Shown here: positions 20,104-28,611 of the stretch, one piece after another
Layout of the letters: each line of letters begins with the position of its first letter
Position numbering within the stretch: the first letter of the stretch is position 1
IMG/VR virus record: IMGVR_UViG_3300049001_000080
Location: 38,446 to 102,445 of that record
DNA length: 64,000 nucleotides
Source of the DNA: a virus
Direction: 5' to 3' (one strand)
The notes under the pieces: generated by a model
Told to the model about the DNA's origin: nothing
What the model saw: only the letters and a program-made list of their open reading frames with translations
The model's database searches: none
Program-made: the position numbers and the translations under genes

Positions 20104-20148
20104 GGAGGGGCGGGTGCCCTCCCACCGCGCTGGGTGCCCCGCCCCTCC
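20104..20148 (-). terminator. Intergenic stem-loop
   Basis: GGAGGGGCGGG / CCCGCCCCTCC inverted repeat after gene ending 20166. Confidence 0.5.
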
Positions 20149-20165
20149 TGGATCGCCCGGTGGCG

Positions 20166-20582
20166 CTAGCTGCCCCTGCTGCCTGAGCGCCGACGTCGAG
20201 CGGTGGCCTGTGCCTCGTCATCCGGGTCGGCCGGCTGTGCTGTCCCGCCGGCAGGCCCCGCGCCGCGCCGCAGGGCGTCCTCCTGCACCTCGGTGGAGGT
20301 GGAGACGCCGCCGTCCCTCAGGTCGTCGGCGCGCCTGTGCAGCGCGGCCTCGGCGGCCTCCCGCTCGGCCGGGTCGTCGGGCAGGATCACCCGGCTCTGG
20401 TCGCCGTCCCGCAGCGCCTGCGACGCCTCCACGGCCTCCCGCTTGGCGGCCACGTCGAACACGTCGGAGACCTGCCGGGGGCTGCTCGGGCCACCCAGCC
20501 CCGTGGTGTCGATCTGCTCGACCATGTCGGTCGGGCTGGGCACGTGGTCGTCGGACTCGCGGTACCGCTTGTTGTCTCCCAC
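20166..20582 (-). CDS. Hypothetical protein (138 aa)
   Basis: GTG with GAGGAG RBS; MGDNKRYRESDDH... Confidence 0.65.
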   Translation of the reverse strand: MGDNKRYRESDDHVPSPTDMVEQIDTTGLGGPSSPRQVSDVFDVAAKREAVEASQALRDGDQSRVILPDDPAEREAAEAALHRRADDLRDGGVSTSTEVQEDALRRGAGPAGGTAQPADPDDEAQATARRRRSGSRGS

Positions 20583-20593
20583 GACTCTTCTCC

Positions 20594-21142
20594 TCAGCTC
20601 TGGACGACCTGGGCCTGCTGCGCCCAGATCTGCTTGGTCTGGCCGTCGCCGGACGGCACGCTCACCAGGACCAGGGAGGGCGCCAGGTGCTCGTGGGCCT
20701 TGCACAGCGGCGGCGCCTGCGGCGCGCCCCGCGGCGGTGCCGGCGAGATGACCTGGGTGCCGCACTCGCCGGCCCGGCCGCGCTGGCCCGGCCCGACGCA
20801 GGCGGCGGCGAGCAGGTCGCGCTCCTGGCGGCGGTCGATGGTCGACTCCACCGCCAGCAGCGCGGCGGCCCGCTGGGCGTCGCGGATCAGCGGCGGGGTG
20901 ACCTCGACGCGCAGCTTCGCCAGGTGCGCGGTGACCTCGTCGTCGGGGTCCTCGATGGCGATCGACCCGTGCTGGAGCGCCCGGATGAAGCGCAGGTCGT
21001 CCAGCACGGTCGAGGGCATGAGCTGGACGTCCTCGCCGTCCTTGGCGCCGGCCGGCTGCCAGATGAACAGCTCCCGGTCGCTGAGCTGGAGGATCGTCGG
21101 CCCCGCCTCGCGGTTCCGCACGCTCAGCATCTGTAGCTCCAC
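20594..21142 (-). CDS. Hypothetical late protein
   Basis: 182 aa ORF after late-promoter motif; C-terminal Cys/His cluster. Confidence 0.65.
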   Translation of the reverse strand: MELQMLSVRNREAGPTILQLSDRELFIWQPAGAKDGEDVQLMPSTVLDDLRFIRALQHGSIAIEDPDDEVTAHLAKLRVEVTPPLIRDAQRAAALLAVESTIDRRQERDLLAAACVGPGQRGRAGECGTQVISPAPPRGAPQAPPLCKAHEHLAPSLVLVSVPSGDGQTKQIWAQQAQVVQS

Positions 21143-21175
21143 GCCATGCCCTCCTCCGGGGCACGCGGCGCCCCT

Positions 21176-21212
21176 CTACCCCTTGGGTGCGCGCGGTGGT
21201 CCTGGAGACAGG
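21176..21212 (-). promoter_or_regulatory. Putative late promoter CCTGT-N23-AAGGGGTAG
   Basis: Repeated motif. Confidence 0.65.
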
Positions 21213-21287
21213 TCAGGGGCCGCCGTAGCGGCCCCTGTCGCCCTCCGCCGGCCCGGGCTCAGGTGGAGCGCCGGGTGGGTCCGAGCC

Positions 21288-21671
21288 TCAGGCGAGGCGG
21301 CCCTCAGGACCGGGAGCGACCCGCGAGGTGTCCGCCGCCACGCCAGCGTACCGCCGACCTAGAGCGTTGCCCGGCGACGGCATACGCGACCAGCGGCTCG
21401 TCGGGTCGTTGTCGTACACCTCGCGCATCAGCGGGATGAGCGGCCGGTACCTGGCCAGGACACGTGGCGGGAGCGGCTCGCTCGACCTCGCGTTCGGGTG
21501 GCCCCAGTGCCAGAGGTCGCACAGCTCGCACCGGAAGCTCTGGCCTCCGGCATCGGCCGCCTCCAGCTCCAGGCGTGCCGTCTCAGCCAGCTCGCACGTG
21601 GGGTACTGCCTCTTCTTGACGCAGCCCCAGACGACGTGCTGCTTCCAGGACTTACGGGGCCTCCTGGTCAC
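21288..21671 (-). CDS. Small putative zinc-binding protein
   Basis: GTG overlap start; C.KKRQY...FRCELCDLWHWGH. Confidence 0.6.
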   Translation of the reverse strand: MTRRPRKSWKQHVVWGCVKKRQYPTCELAETARLELEAADAGGQSFRCELCDLWHWGHPNARSSEPLPPRVLARYRPLIPLMREVYDNDPTSRWSRMPSPGNALGRRYAGVAADTSRVAPGPEGRLA

Positions 21672-22237
21672 AGCAGCTCCAGCGGGGCGTCGGGCTCCAG
21701 GCAGCGTCGCAGCACCGCGGAGGCGGCCCGGACGTTCAGCGGGTCGTTGTAGGCCCGGTTGAGGCCCGACGGGTGCGGGATCACGGCGTACTCGAACTCG
21801 GTGCCGAGCCGGAGCACGTACCCGTCGCCCTCCATCGGCAGGGTGTTCGCCGGGATACGACGCGGCGAGGTGCGCCACTCGAACATCGGCGCCGGCCACG
21901 GCAGGCTCAGCGCCGCGGGCAGCCTGGTGCCGAGCAGCACCACCCGGCGCCCGTCCAGCTCCGCCTCCAGCTCGGCGGCGGCCTCGCGGGCCGGGCCCAT
22001 CGGCAGCGCGGCGCCCTCGCCCTGCGGCCCGGGGTAGCGCTCCAGCAGGTTGCGGCACTCGAACGCGGCGACCAGAGGCCAGTACCACTGCCCGTAGCGG
22101 GTGCCACCCGGCTGGGGCTCCAGGCCGGCCCAGCGGGCCAGGCGCTCGCCTACGGCTCCTGAGAGCGGGCACATGAAGTACCTGTCGCCGCTCCTGCTGG
22201 GCGCCTCGCCGAGGATGAGGGGGCGTCGGTCAGACAC
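21668..22237 (-). CDS. Uracil-DNA glycosylase superfamily protein
   Basis: Motif A LILGEAPS, VVLLG strand, motif B IPHPSGLNR. Confidence 0.75.
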   Translation of the reverse strand: MSDRRPLILGEAPSRSGDRYFMCPLSGAVGERLARWAGLEPQPGGTRYGQWYWPLVAAFECRNLLERYPGPQGEGAALPMGPAREAAAELEAELDGRRVVLLGTRLPAALSLPWPAPMFEWRTSPRRIPANTLPMEGDGYVLRLGTEFEYAVIPHPSGLNRAYNDPLNVRAASAVLRRCLEPDAPLELL

Positions 22238-22646
22238 CGTCCGTGCCCTCCAGCGGCGCGTCGAGCGGGAGGGCGTAGTCGGCGCGGCGGCGGTACTCGT
22301 CCAGCAGCCCGTCCAGCGCGCGGTGCACCTCTGAGCCCCGCGGGACCCACTCGTCCCGCCGCCGCTTGAGCCACGCCTCGACGTCGCTGCCACGGCGCGG
22401 CCGGTGCTGCTCGACCTGGTACATGCCCTCCGGCGCGACCGTGATGCGCGCGTACCGCATCTCTCTGTCTAGCGCCTGCCCCAGCGCCTCCGCCTCCGCG
22501 TCGGTGGGGGTGCGGAGTATCAGGAGTGGGTGAGCCTCCTGCTCCAGGCGTAGCGCCTCGACCTCGTCGGCGGAGACGACGCGAGCCGGCCTCTCGACCA
22601 GCGTGACCAGCTCGTCTCGCTCTGGCGGGATAGAAGTATCTTCCAC
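22230..22646 (-). CDS. Hypothetical protein
   Basis: 138 aa ORF, RBS AAGGAG before GTG. Confidence 0.6.
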   Translation of the reverse strand: MEDTSIPPERDELVTLVERPARVVSADEVEALRLEQEAHPLLILRTPTDAEAEALGQALDREMRYARITVAPEGMYQVEQHRPRRGSDVEAWLKRRRDEWVPRGSEVHRALDGLLDEYRRRADYALPLDAPLEGTDGV

Positions 22647-22714
22647 AGTGACTCCTTCTGGCAGGGTTCCTTGATAGAGGCTAGCACCGCGCCCGGGTAG
22701 ACCCTAGACGCGAG

Positions 22715-22745
22715 GGCGCCCCCGGAGGCGTGCTCCGGGGGCGCC
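22715..22745 (-). terminator. Stem-loop after secreted-protein gene
   Basis: 13 bp perfect stem GGCGCCCCCGGAG / CTCCGGGGGCGCC. Confidence 0.6.
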
Positions 22746-22778
22746 GACGTGCCGCTGTGGTGTCTAGCTGAGTGGTGC

Positions 22779-24053
22779 CTAGCTGACGCGCGTCGTGGAG
22801 AGCCGGACGGACGGCGCGACCTTGACCGCCCCGAGCTTGCTCTGGTTGGTCGCCACCAGGTCCGCGCCCTTGGCCCACGACAGCGCGCCCGTGGACAACG
22901 TGGAGTGCGGCGCGACCGTCAGGGTGGCCAGGACGTGGCCGCCCGTCGTGAAGGTCAGGACGTGGGTGTAGCGGGTCGTGTTGACGTCCTCGTACCGGCC
23001 GGACAGCGTCCCGCGGCACGGGCAGTCGATCGTCATGGTCAGGTGCGGGATCGGCGGGCAGTTCAGGACGTAGTTGCCGCCGACGCCCTTGTCGACGCTC
23101 CAGTTGACGAACCCGACCCGGTAGACGAAGTGGTACTGCTGGCCATCATTGAGCCCGACGGTGATCGTGCCGCTCTTGCGCGGGCCGACGGTCAGCCCCG
23201 GCAGCTTGGTGGTACCGGCGACCAGCCAGCACTGGATGGTGGCGTACGGGTTGAGGTTGGAGCAGGTGTAGGTGACCGACCCGTGGCCGTCGCAGTCGCC
23301 CTTGCACTTCGCGACGACGTGGATGGCCGGCGGGGACAGGCACCCGTGGTTGTCGCCCACGTAGAAGGCGATCTCGTACGGCTGCGGCTGGCCGGGGCCG
23401 CCGAGCACGGCCGGCCAGGCGCCGTTCCAGCCGTTGGAGCGCAGGCCGACGTCGAACTGCGCGCAGGGGTTGGTGACGGCCGGGAACCGGAACCGGTGGT
23501 GACCGGCGGCTGCGGAGAGCCCCTGCCACGCCGTGGTGGAGACGCGGCGCTGCGGCCACAGCGGCACGCTCGGGTGGCCGGCGCCGTGCGGGGTGGCGCC
23601 GAGGTAGAAGGCGTACGCCGCGCCGGCCCCGGCGAGGCCGACGCCGCGGCACAGCGGCAGCCGGGTCACGAAGTCCGCGACCCCGTGCGCCCAGTCGACC
23701 GCCGTGCCGACGTAGGCCGGGTTCTTGAGGTCTGCCACGGCAAGGCAGGTCTTCGCCGCCGCGGCGTGCGCCGTGGCACGCCGGACGAGCGCGTGCGGCA
23801 TGAGGGTCGCGTGGCCGCCGCGCACCGGGCTGGTGGCGCGGTGCACCTGGATCAGGCGGCCGGCCCGCGTCGGGGTCACCGGGATCAGTGCGCCGATCGC
23901 CGTGATGGGCGACGACTTGCTGGTGTGGGCGCCCTGCGCCGCGGAGGCGGAGGAGTCGCTCGCGGTGGCCGCGATGGTCAGGGCCGCCACGGACGCGGCG
24001 ACCGCTGTAGTGAGGGCCACACGCAGCGCGCTGGCCAGCTTGATCTTCTTCAT
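22779..24053 (-). CDS. Secreted cysteine-rich protein (moron-like)
   Basis: RBS AGGAG; MKKIKLASALRVALTTAVAASVAAL signal-peptide-like N-terminus; many paired Cys; beta-rich C-terminus. Confidence 0.7.
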   Translation of the reverse strand: MKKIKLASALRVALTTAVAASVAALTIAATASDSSASAAQGAHTSKSSPITAIGALIPVTPTRAGRLIQVHRATSPVRGGHATLMPHALVRRATAHAAAAKTCLAVADLKNPAYVGTAVDWAHGVADFVTRLPLCRGVGLAGAGAAYAFYLGATPHGAGHPSVPLWPQRRVSTTAWQGLSAAAGHHRFRFPAVTNPCAQFDVGLRSNGWNGAWPAVLGGPGQPQPYEIAFYVGDNHGCLSPPAIHVVAKCKGDCDGHGSVTYTCSNLNPYATIQCWLVAGTTKLPGLTVGPRKSGTITVGLNDGQQYHFVYRVGFVNWSVDKGVGGNYVLNCPPIPHLTMTIDCPCRGTLSGRYEDVNTTRYTHVLTFTTGGHVLATLTVAPHSTLSTGALSWAKGADLVATNQSKLGAVKVAPSVRLSTTRVS

Positions 24054-24277
24054 GCCTCTCCTATCGTTCGGGACTGAGTCGTGCCCGGAGCGCGTGGTAT
24101 CGCTGGACTTATCCAGGGGCGCGGCGGGGTCTGCCTCGTGATCGTAGTACGAGGGATGCTTGACGGCTACGCCGCTCTGGCACCTCTGCCCTCCCGGTGC
24201 GGGTTGACCTCCTCCAGCCCCCTCCCGCGCCCCCATCGGCTGACGCCCCTCCAGCTCGTGGCGGTCTGGCGGCGAGA

Positions 24278-24293
24278 CTTGTCCTAGGACAAG
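24278..24293. promoter_or_regulatory. 16 bp perfect palindrome CTTGTCCTAGGACAAG (possible operator)
   Basis: Perfect inverted repeat in the ~300 bp non-coding leader of the secreted protein gene. Confidence 0.4.
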
Positions 24294-24366
24294 GTGCGGC
24301 GGGCGATAGCTGACGACGAGGCCCCGACCCCCGTAGTAAGCGGGGCCGGGGCCGGGTGGGCGAGGG

Positions 24367-24699
24367 CTAGCTCAGCGCGCCGACGATCGCGCCAAAGAGG
24401 TCGTCCTTGCGCCGCTGCGCCAGAGACAGCTCGGCGTACGGCACCAGGTTCGGGTGCGTCCGAGCGCCCTCGTCCTTGACGGGCCCCGGCACCCAGTCAG
24501 CGGCCTCGCGGCGACGGCGCCACGCCTCGTGCCTGTCGGCCGCAGTGGCGCCGCTCTGGGCGACCCGGACGCCCTCCAGCGCCGACTCGCGGTCCCACTC
24601 GGGGGCGTCGTCCCAGGCGGGGGAGACGGGGTCGCCGATCGACTGCTGGTAGGCCCGCATAGCTGCTCGCGCCACGCGGGCGATCTCCTCGTTCGTCAT
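24367..24699 (-). CDS. RyR-domain protein
   Basis: HEAW...DW.PGPVKD...THPNLVPYAELS..QRRKD matches the RyR repeat. Confidence 0.85.
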   Translation of the reverse strand: MTNEEIARVARAAMRAYQQSIGDPVSPAWDDAPEWDRESALEGVRVAQSGATAADRHEAWRRRREAADWVPGPVKDEGARTHPNLVPYAELSLAQRRKDDLFGAIVGALS

Positions 24700-24764
24700 G
24701 CCCTGAGCCTGCCCGCGCCCCCGGTCGAGCGGCAGGGGTTGACCGTTGACCACGTAGACCGGGC

Positions 24765-25412
24765 CTAGGTCGACATGACCCAGGCGCCACCCGCGGCTGC
24801 GCCCACCGAGACCACGAGGAACAGGCCGCGCCAGAACCACGCCTGAGCGACCGAGAGGCGGGCCAGGGAGTCGGCGTCCTGCTCGCCGCCGCGCTGGTAC
24901 TGCTCGATCGCCGCGCGCACCCCGCCCAGCAGCAGGAGCCACGCCAGCGACCAGAGCGCCAGCGGTCGCCAGCCGGCGGGCGCGTACCAGGTGAAGGCGC
25001 CCAGCGCGGCCACCACGCCGAACGCGAAGCCGAGGCCGAACCAGTTGCGCATCAGCAGCAGGACGGCGACAAGGCAGGCCACCGCGGCCCACAGCCCGGC
25101 GGTCGTCCAGCCGTGGTGCGCCGCCTCCACGGCGGCCAGGCCGAGCAGCGGCGGGGTGGGGTAGCCGGCGAGCAGGAACAGGACGCCCGTCTGGCCGTCC
25201 TCGTCGTCGCGGGCGTCGGTGGTCCCCCCGCCGTTGGCGTGCACGCGGATCGCGACCACCCGGCCCGGCGTGAGCCACGTGATCGCGGCGTGGCCGAACT
25301 CGTGCAGCGCGGTGACCAGCAGCCCGGCGCCGAGCCACAGGGGGGTGCCGACCAGTAGGGCGCCGATGGCGAGCCCCACCAAGCCGGTCCCGATGCCCCA
25401 GGTCGTACCCAC
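24765..25412 (-). CDS. Membrane metallopeptidase, M50B-like
   Basis: HEFGH zinc motif, LAGYP, DADSLA, several hydrophobic helices. Confidence 0.85.
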   Translation of the reverse strand: MGTTWGIGTGLVGLAIGALLVGTPLWLGAGLLVTALHEFGHAAITWLTPGRVVAIRVHANGGGTTDARDDEDGQTGVLFLLAGYPTPPLLGLAAVEAAHHGWTTAGLWAAVACLVAVLLLMRNWFGLGFAFGVVAALGAFTWYAPAGWRPLALWSLAWLLLLGGVRAAIEQYQRGGEQDADSLARLSVAQAWFWRGLFLVVSVGAAAGGAWVMST

Positions 25413-25464
25413 TCGTCCGCTCCTCTGCTCGGTTTCCTTGACAGATGGTAGCGGAGAGGTACGA

Positions 25465-25550
25465 CAGAAAGACAGACCGAGCTGCCTCGCGTGGGGATCG
25501 CGAGGCAGCTCGGTCCTGGGGGAGGTGGGTCGACGGCTGGCGGGGGTGCT
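25465..25550 (-). ncRNA. Candidate small RNA (~85 nt)
   Basis: Sigma70-like promoter followed by an ORF-less stretch ending in a 17 bp hairpin plus TGTCTTT. Confidence 0.4.
25475..25515 (-). terminator. Intrinsic terminator
   Basis: Perfect 17 bp stem GACCGAGCTGCCTCGCG, 7 nt loop, T-rich tail on minus strand. Confidence 0.75.
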
Positions 25551-25556
25551 CAGGTG

Positions 25557-25586
25557 ACGCTAGCTCGCGTTAGAGATGTCTGTCAA
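25557..25586 (-). promoter_or_regulatory. Sigma70-type promoter TTGACA-N18-TAGCGT
   Basis: Consensus -35; TANNNT -10; same hexamers as the promoter at 63752-63780. Confidence 0.6.
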
Positions 25587-26609
25587 CCCCGCGAGCTGGT
25601 CGCGCCACCACTCCGCCGACCGGTCGGCCTTGCCCGTGTTGCAGCGCCGGCAGGCCAGGACGAGGTTGTGGCGCTCACGCCTGCCGCCTCTGGACCGAGG
25701 CACGACGTGGTCCGCGGTCCCCATCCGTAGCCACTCGTCGCGGCCGGAGGGCACGAGGTCGACGCGCGCTAGGTACGGCTCGGGTGGGGCCGGTGTCCGG
25801 CCGGGTACCCAGGTGATGTCCGGGTAGTCGAGGATCGCCACCTCGCAGTAGTGGCAGGTCCAGTCGGACTCGTCGGCCAGCCTGTGCAGCTTCTGGTAGT
25901 GGTAGCCCGTCGTGGCGCCAGCGCACGAGACGGAGAACCTCGTCTCTCCCCTGCTCCTGGAGCTGGTGACCCAGGTCGGCGGGACGACGGACCCGCCGAC
26001 CATCCAGAAGATCTCGGTCGACTCGTCCGACCTCGGCCTCGCGAAGTACTGCCGGTACCACCGACGCGCCGTCTGAGCGGTCACCCCGAGGTCGGCGGCC
26101 ACGTCGGCCAGTGGCTCGCCAGCGGCGACCCGGGCCACCAGGAGGACGTGCCGGACGCGGGGCGGGCCCGCGACCGCGGTGAGGTCAGGAATCCGCGCCG
26201 GCTGCGGGTCGGCCGGCGGCTCCTGCGGCTGGTAGCGGCGCGTCTCGCCACAGCAGCGCCGGCAGGAGATCACGAAGTCGTCCGTGCCGCAGTCGGTGGG
26301 GACCCGGCGCGTGATGGCGATCAGGTGCTCGGGGGTCTTGAACGGGTAGAGCACGTCCTGCCCGCTCGCGCTCAGGCGCCAGTCGACGTCGGAGACGTCG
26401 AGGGTGGTCTCGCCGCAGGAGCGGCACGCCCACCCGTCCCGCTCGGCGACCCGGTGGATGCGCCGGTGGTTCTGGGTGTCGGGGCACTCGACCCGGTAGC
26501 GGGTCAGGAACGGGTACAGGGGGTGCGGCTCGCCGAGGCGGTAGGCCGGCGCTCGCTGTCCGGTGCAGGTCCAGGTGAGACCGATCGGTACCTCGGTGGA
26601 GTCTCCCAT
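25560..26609 (-). CDS. HNH endonuclease (degenerate HNH - HTH - intact HNH)
   Basis: WTCHYC...TADHVVPRSRGG...HNLVLACRRCNTGK; central ADVAADLGVTAQTARRW; RBS GAGGAG. Confidence 0.85.
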   Translation of the reverse strand: MGDSTEVPIGLTWTCTGQRAPAYRLGEPHPLYPFLTRYRVECPDTQNHRRIHRVAERDGWACRSCGETTLDVSDVDWRLSASGQDVLYPFKTPEHLIAITRRVPTDCGTDDFVISCRRCCGETRRYQPQEPPADPQPARIPDLTAVAGPPRVRHVLLVARVAAGEPLADVAADLGVTAQTARRWYRQYFARPRSDESTEIFWMVGGSVVPPTWVTSSRSRGETRFSVSCAGATTGYHYQKLHRLADESDWTCHYCEVAILDYPDITWVPGRTPAPPEPYLARVDLVPSGRDEWLRMGTADHVVPRSRGGRRERHNLVLACRRCNTGKADRSAEWWRDQLAGLTDISNAS

Positions 26610-26680
26610 ACGTGCTCCTCGTGCTGCTGGCGGAGACCACATCGTGTCACGACGAGGGGTCGGCTATCAACTATCTTTGA

Positions 26681-26944
26681 CTATCGCCGGGTCCGATCGA
26701 GTGCGAGAGCGGCCAGCCTCACCCTGTGGCGCCGGACCTGCTGCCACCAGCCGGCCCGGCGAAGGCTCGCGCCGCCCCCGCCCGAGCCGCCCGCTCCACT
26801 GGATCCACGCTGCCCGCCCTCAGCGACCCAGACCTGGGTGCCGTCCGCGCGCTCGTAGGAGTACGCACGACCGCCGGCCCCGCCTCGTACAGCGTCACCA
26901 TCGGCACCCCGCGCACCATCCACACCAGCCCTCTTGATCCTCAC
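26681..26944 (-). CDS. Small Gly-rich hypothetical protein
   Basis: GTGA overlap with upstream stop; frame choice uncertain. Confidence 0.35.
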   Translation of the reverse strand: MRIKRAGVDGARGADGDAVRGGAGGRAYSYERADGTQVWVAEGGQRGSSGAGGSGGGGASLRRAGWWQQVRRHRVRLAALALDRTRR

Positions 26945-27252
26945 GGCCCGACCTCCACCACGACCTCGGCGACGCCGTCGTCCAGGGTGCGCACGTCGAC
27001 GATCGTGGCGCGCAAGGCACGCAGGGCCGCAGCCACATCGTGGCTCAGCAGCGGGTACTCGCCGACCCTCGGCACCTTGACGGCGAGGCGCGTCGGCTGC
27101 GCCTCGTGCCACTCCATGAGCCGACGGTGGTCGTCCGGGTGCAGCGGGGGCATCACCTCGTACGCCTCGCCGTAGAGCGTGAGGTCCATGACCCGCCGGC
27201 TCGCCTCCTCCACCCCCAGCGGGTCGTACCAGACGGCACCGGGCTCGGCCAC
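26941..27252 (-). CDS. Hypothetical protein
   Basis: GTG overlapping TAG; MAEPGAVWYDPLG... Confidence 0.55.
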   Translation of the reverse strand: MAEPGAVWYDPLGVEEASRRVMDLTLYGEAYEVMPPLHPDDHRRLMEWHEAQPTRLAVKVPRVGEYPLLSHDVAAALRALRATIVDVRTLDDGVAEVVVEVGP

Positions 27253-27524
27253 TACAGGCCTCCTGTCGGCTCGCACCAGCGCCGTGCGTCGCAGCGGCAG
27301 CGGACCACGAAGCCGACGGTGACCCGCTCGCCCTGGATCACCCAGTTGAACGGCAGGTCGGCGTAGGCACGGTGGCCGCGCAGTGCGCACCAGGTGCCCC
27401 AGGTAGCGCGCAGCCGGAGGTGGTCGAGCTGCGGGTACCAGCGAGAGTCGCGCACGGCGTCGGGCAGCCACGGCAGCGGGACCAGCCGCGCAGCGGCCTC
27501 CGCGAGGAAGCACTCGGCCATCAC
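27252..27524 (-). CDS. Hypothetical protein (WC..RGH...C.C motif)
   Basis: 90 aa ORF in tightly packed operon. Confidence 0.5.
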   Translation of the reverse strand: MMAECFLAEAAARLVPLPWLPDAVRDSRWYPQLDHLRLRATWGTWCALRGHRAYADLPFNWVIQGERVTVGFVVRCRCDARRWCEPTGGL

Positions 27525-27545
27525 CGGGTCAGTGTGCCACGACGG

Positions 27546-27713
27546 CTAGCCGGCCATCTCCAGCTCAGGCGCCTGCGCGCGCAGGCGCCCGGCCCGCATC
27601 CGCACCGCGTGCCGCGTGCGCCCTAGCCGCCAGGCGACCTCGCCGACCGGCATCAGCTCGTAGTTGGCCGTCAGGAAGGAGAGCTGTACCGGCCCCCAGG
27701 GCGCGCCCTGCAC
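27546..27713 (-). CDS. Small HTH DNA-binding protein (55 aa)
   Basis: PWGPVQLSFLTANYELMPVGEVAWRLGRTRHAVRMRAGRL; below ORF-track cutoff. Confidence 0.6.
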   Translation of the reverse strand: MQGAPWGPVQLSFLTANYELMPVGEVAWRLGRTRHAVRMRAGRLRAQAPELEMAG

Positions 27714-27750
27714 GCTGCCGGGGCCGCGCGACCTGAGCCGGAGCCGCAGG

Positions 27751-27963
27751 TCAGCCGGGTGGTCTGGAGCAGTAGATCTCCGCCAGCAGGAGCACCACGC
27801 GCCAGGATCGCTTGACCCCCGCGTTGCCGTCGAAGAACCGGCCGTGCAGCGGCGTCACCTCGTCCCAGCTCACGCCGGCCCGCAGCGCCAGCGCGGTCAG
27901 CTCGCCGAACGCCGCGATCATCGCTGTACGACCATCGTCGTGCTGGTCCCGTAGCTCGTCCAC
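27751..27963 (-). CDS. Hypothetical protein
   Basis: 70 aa ORF; may be the N-terminal half of the HTH gene. Confidence 0.45.
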   Translation of the reverse strand: MDELRDQHDDGRTAMIAAFGELTALALRAGVSWDEVTPLHGRFFDGNAGVKRSWRVVLLLAEIYCSRPPG

Positions 27964-28006
27964 GCCACCCGTAGACGCCGCACCGCGCGACGGCGTCCGG
28001 TCTGGA

Positions 28007-28342
28007 TCAGGAGTCCGGCGCCGGGTCCAGGCGCCGCTTAATCTCGACGACGACCCACTCCTCCGGGGCCTCGGGCCAGGGCCACGCCTCGACCGTCGCG
28101 CGGTACCGCATCGCGATCAGGTCCACCTGCGCCACCTCGGCCGGCCGGATCACGGCTCGATGGATCGCTTCTCCACCGCAGACTCCAGCCGAGATGAACA
28201 GGGTGCTCAGCTCGCGGTAGAGCGTGCCCAGCCTCCACCCGGCGACGAAGGCGTCGTCGTCGTAGGCGCCACCCTGGGACCGGCACGCCACGAAGGGCAT
28301 CTCCAGGCTGTAGGAGGCCTCGGCGTCCGCCGGCTCGCTCAC
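28007..28342 (-). CDS. Hypothetical protein
   Basis: MSEPADAEASYSLEMPFVACRSQGGAYDDDAFVAGW...; overlap start. Confidence 0.65.
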   Translation of the reverse strand: MSEPADAEASYSLEMPFVACRSQGGAYDDDAFVAGWRLGTLYRELSTLFISAGVCGGEAIHRAVIRPAEVAQVDLIAMRYRATVEAWPWPEAPEEWVVVEIKRRLDPAPDS

Positions 28343-28611
28343 GCCACGCCCAGCATCGTCAAGCGCTGTGTGTAGGAGAGCTGGTTAAGGATGTCCGATA
28401 GCTCTGTTGCCCACGCCACTACGTCTGCCTCGTACTGGTCGTCTGATCCTAGGACAGGAGGGAACGGCGCGTAATCGTCCTCGACGTTGAGGTCGTCGAT
28501 CCAGACGTGCATCGGTCCTCCAGCCTCGTGCCTGGAGTAGATCATCCGGATCAGGAGTCGGCCTCGTTCGATATCCCGCGCTGCGGTCGTGCTGTCCGCT
28601 GGCTCGCTCAC
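28339..28611 (-). CDS. Hypothetical protein (lower GC)
   Basis: MSEPADSTTAA...GGPMHVWIDDLNVED; flanked by a 19/20 bp direct repeat. Confidence 0.6.
   Translation of the reverse strand: MSEPADSTTAARDIERGRLLIRMIYSRHEAGGPMHVWIDDLNVEDDYAPFPPVLGSDDQYEADVVAWATELSDILNQLSYTQRLTMLGVA

Noticed and set aside
24054-24360. Known riboswitch (c-di-AMP, SAM) in the long leader
   Set aside because: Consensus elements not recognised by eye; needs a covariance search.
25437-25470. + strand TTGACA promoter
   Set aside because: No acceptable -10 at 17-18 bp spacing.
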